DNA of 63,654 bases, filler included, from Octopus bimaculoides (lineage: Eukaryota), in the NCBI RefSeq assembly GCF_001194135.2. It is 7 parts of 7 records of this genome, joined end to end, with 100 filler letters (N's around TTAATTAATTAA, not from the genome) between each part and the next. Parts side by side here need not be neighbours in the genome. Positions count along the whole stretch, not along the records: positions 56,631 to 62,127 come from NC_068996.1; positions 62,228 to 63,654 come from NC_068983.1; 5 more parts are not named here. One strand, given 5' to 3'. A program made the translations under genes and the position numbers. Below the pieces are notes generated by a model that worked only from the letters and a program-made list of their open reading frames with translations, was not told the origin of the DNA and did not search any database. This document shows, one piece after another, positions 59,661-63,654 of this stretch (its first letter is position 1; each line of letters begins with the position of its first letter).

Positions 59661-60859
59661 GTTTTCCACGAGGGCTCACATTTATAGTGTTCTCTATAGC
59701 TAGCATAGACAAAAAATTTTAATATGTTATTTAGGCCAGATATGTTGACATATTTATTATGACAGATACTGGGAAACAGGCTGATAGAGTTAAACATTCT
59801 GTCTAGTCAAAAAATATTTTTAAAATAGCAATTATTGATGTAGAAATGTAATGTATTTGGCATTATAAAGCAATAAGAGTTAACTTATCATATGGATTAC
59901 TGCTGGTTCATACGCATGGAAATTATTTTGAACAAGAAAAATAAAGAAAAACTTTTCCAAAATTTCCTCTTCTATGAAGTTAAATAAATCGTTCTTTGGA
60001 GTTATTCTCTTTAAATGTCTCTGGTATCATTCTGAAATCACTGGAAATGAATTTATTTAAGTTTGAGGAATGGAATAAAAAGGTTATGCAATTTTGTGTG
60101 TGTGTGTGTGTTTCCTTGTAATACAGTTAGAAAAGGAAAGGCTGCACTTTTGAGCTTGCATGGGGCCTCCTTAATTGGCAGGCAGGTGTATCCTCAGACC
60201 TGAGATTTACTCCAAGTCCTATATGCAGAAGTGGACTGATTCCCCTAAAGGCACCAAATGGCCAAGTCTTGTTTCAAAAGTTGGTAACAAATTAAGTCCA
60301 CTAAACCCTCCCCCCACCACACACACACACATACAATTTACACTTGGGTCTCTAAAGCTATTTTATTTTCTTTTATTAATTCACTCATAATGTCAAAAGC
60401 CAAAATGAATAGGTACCATACATGGCTAGCTGAGATATTTTACAATTGTAGTCAACTAGATTTTCTTGCTTCTCAACATATTTGCTCCATTTAAAGAATT
60501 CATCTAACAGTTATCCTCTTCTAATTCTGACCATTATAATGTTAAATGTTATCCAGACAATGCAAAAGTTTAGTTAACTTCAAACTGTAGTTTTCCATCT
60601 CAAAACATTTATACAATAAACAGGTTAAACAGCTGTACCTTTAGAGACGTGCTTTATCTTTGTTGTGAACTATTGATGACTCTCTTACATGTCACAACTA
60701 GACATACTTTGCAGTTTATGTAACTGTCAGTGTCATCCATATAAAATTCATAGCCAGAACTTACTTCTGTTTGTAGTAGTCATTAGTGGAAATTTTAAAA
60801 TTGTAATTCCAAAACTAAATGTTTCTCCTGTTTAATTAAAATTTGACATATTGGCATTA

Positions 60860-61090
60860 GGGGCAAATTAGCAGAGTCATTAGTATATTGAATAGAGTAC
60901 TTCACAGTGTTTGTTCTGATTCACTACATTCAGAGTTCAAATCCTGCTAAGATCAATCTTGCCTTTCATTCTTCCAGGGTCATTAAAAAACAAGTGCCAA
61001 TCTTGAGCAGTGGATAGGCAGAACAACCAGAATGTCTGACGATATGTGCTCCAGCTCTTTACATTCTGAATTCAAATCGTACATTGGCCT
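60860..61090 (+). mobile_element. SINE family C, old diverged copy or copies
   Basis: CATTCAGAGTTCAAATCCTGCTAAGATCAATCTTGCCTTTCATTCTTCCAGGGTCATTAAA. Confidence 0.6.
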
Positions 61091-62247
61091 TTTTGTGTGA
61101 TAGACTTGCTCTGTCATTTGACTTAATACCACCTGTTGTCTAAGATGCTTTTAGTGGAGCCCACTTTGTTACAAGCATCCAGGTCAGGTTGCAATTTTGA
61201 GAATAACTTCCACCAGTCTCAAAGAGATTGTAAGCGGTCTTGGACAGAGTCTTCCCACCTAACTTTATTAAAAAAATGATAAGGAAAACTAGTTGGTATG
61301 GTCTCATGGAAAAAAAAATTACTAAAATTCATAAATTTGGACACAAGTTTAAATGCCATGAGAGACAAGCCCTATATTTCAGGAAGAACTTTATTTTATA
61401 TTTCATAATTCATAATTTTGTTTTCACACATACTTGAAATATTTCTTAGCTCCACAGAGAAGACCAAGTCACCTCAAAGTGACCAATCATAGAAGTAACC
61501 TTTAACAAAGCACATAAAGTACGGAATTCTTTTGAAACGAAGGTTTGTTTATGAAAAATTGAGAGTGTAGGTTATTGGTACTTCTTATTACTTGACACTG
61601 TTATGGTAGTCAAATAAATGCTGAGAACAAACTTTTTCTCACACAATAGTTGTCATGTTAGAAACCAAAAAATCAGCATAAAAATTCTTTTATTATATCA
61701 TTGATAACTTAAATAAGGATTAAAATTACACATACACAAATACCCACATGCATACCCCTAGTAAAGACTTGCATGTGTACTCTTTTACAGATCTATCAGA
61801 AGTTCACAAAGTCATATTCCCTGATCATTTTCAGTGACACACTAAGACAACTCTCTCCTCCATCCCATTGAGCTTGACTTTCATTTTCCTTCACAGTAAA
61901 TGGCAAATGGAGACCAAGTTTACTGAAAATAAAAAAGATAAACAAATATCAATACAGAGATCAAGTAAATATACACACATGTGCACACACAAACGCTCAC
62001 ATATAATTTTAATATTTTCTATATCTGAATATGTTAATACAATAGAAACAATTGTTGGCTTTGTAAGGTGAATTTCTACAATTAAAAATGTGATTTTTCT
62101 CTATATGTATTTTTGTTATATATATATNNNNNNNNNNNNNNNNNNNNNNNNNNNNNNNNNNNNNNNNNNNNTTAATTAATTAANNNNNNNNNNNNNNNNN
62201 NNNNNNNNNNNNNNNNNNNNNNNNNNNCATCGTCGTAAGGGCACGGT

Positions 62248-62309
<62 letters not shown>

Positions 62310-62449
62310 CTCACGGTGGTGCTCCAGCATGACCACAGCCACTTGGCTGAAACCCATAAATAATTAAATAATTAAATAAATAAATATATATACATACATA
62401 CATACATACATACATATAGAGACATCAAAAGCTCACACACATACGCATA

Positions 62450-63330
62450 TATAAATGACCCTTTACCGCCATGACCCCTTCCTACCCAACATTACTATAA
62501 ACACATCCACCGTCCTCGTCCACCACCACAGTCACCACCATCACCGCCACCACCGTTTACGTTACTCTAACTCCATCGCCACCATCTTCAGCATCCGCCA
62601 TCGCCGTCTACGCCGCTGCTGCTATTTTAAACAAGCGCTGCTTCCTTTCTCGCCTTTCCTCCCACTCTTCCCCTATCTCCCCTTCCTCCCGCCGTCTACC
62701 TCCACTCTACTCACTTCCCCCACTACTTGTGACGGCTTTCCTCTCCCCCTCTGCCATCACCATCACCACCGCTGCCACCACCACCATCACCACCACAGCA
62801 ACAGTTCTTGCAGCTGCTGCTGCTGCTGCTGCTAGTGTTGCTGTTGCTGCTGCTGCTGCTTCTCACAGTTTACTCTTGAAGCTGTCGTAATCACACCACT
62901 ACCCGTACCACTACCACCACCGCCACCACCAGTACTACCCGTAACACCTCTACTGCCAACGTCGCTACCATCACCCTACCCGTACCACCACCACCACTAC
63001 CGCCTCACCACTTCCACGTCTCACCAACTCCAACATCTCCANNNNNNNNNNACCACCACCACTACCCTCAACGTCGTAACCATTCCGCCATGTCACATAC
63101 TCGCGCTCGCGCACCCCACGCGTAACCTAACACCAGTAGTAACGTACCAGTAACGTGACTGCTATTACTACCTCTTCATCGTACTAGCACCAGCACCACT
63201 ACAACAACGACCACCAGCTCTACCACCACCATCACTAGAATCGCCAAGCTTTAAAGCACCGACGTTACTACCACAATATGTAACGCTAGAAACCACCGCC
63301 ACTACAACCAATACTGGTGACCCACACCAC
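62450..63330. repeat. C-rich low-complexity region ((CAC/CAT/CTG/ACT)n)
   Basis: Degenerate trinucleotide runs. Confidence 0.85.
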
Positions 63331-63362
63331 AGCTACAACCACTGGCGCCAATACTGTCACGC

Positions 63363-63600
63363 TTTTACTTGTTACTTTTTTATTTGTTTTTAGTCACGTG
63401 ACTGCGACCATGCTGGAGCATCGCCTTTTAGTCGAACAAATAGTGCTTAATTCTATCGGTCTCTCGTTTTGCCGAACCGCTAATATTACGGGGACGTAAA
63501 CACACCAACATCGGTTGTCAAGCGATGGTGGGAGGACAAACACAGACACAAACACACACACACAACCATATATATATATACATACACATACATACTTGCA
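63363..63600 (-). mobile_element. SINE family A tail half
   Basis: TTTTACTTGTT...GACCATGCTGGAGCATCGCC...GTTGTCAAGCGATGGTGGG. Confidence 0.8.
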
Positions 63601-63617
63601 ATATATCTATCTATCTA

Positions 63618-63654
<37 letters not shown>

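Noticed and set aside
19011-62183. Six identical TTAATTAATTAA motifs at regular-looking positions
   Set aside because: Each sits in the centre of a 44N+12+44N gap, so it is a scaffolding spacer and not biology.
161-63499. Most ORFs in the supplied six-frame track ([20 protein letters not shown], poly-His/Val/Thr and X-filled ORFs)
   Set aside because: They are translations of microsatellites, low-complexity tracts or N gaps, with no domain content.

Overview
AT-rich, microsatellite-dense animal DNA with many N gaps. It is most likely an octopus (coleoid cephalopod) assembly, inferred from the SINE, Penelope, R4/Dong and RTE repeat content and the TTAGGG repeats. I cannot identify any confident host protein-coding gene. 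Nearly all listed ORFs are microsatellite translations (YI, HT, CV, RE, LS runs), antisense SINE reads, or run through Ns. The window is mainly mobile DNA. About 30 tRNA-headed or RTE-tailed SINE copies fall into several families (my labels A-G). LINE relics include three R4/Dong-type, three RTE-type and three to four Penelope-like. Several TIR elements have recognisable ends: a Merlin-like foldback MITE (8-bp TSD, head-to-head telomere repeat core), a mariner derivative (TA TSD), a Ginger-like long-TIR element (4-bp TSD) and a hairpin MITE. The most interesting observations are: minimal hammerhead ribozyme motifs and a tRNA-like segment tied to a Penelope 3' end (32.7-33.5 kb); the telomere-cored MITE carrying mirrored CCAAT/CRE motifs; a SAP-domain exon relic (4.9-5.15 kb); a tRNA-containing inverted repeat family (35.9-36.3 kb); and a repeat-poor island with phase-compatible splice signals (38.5-42.5 kb). 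I found no convincing new multi-gene system. All calls are by eye and need Dfam/RepeatMasker, Rfam and RNA-seq confirmation.
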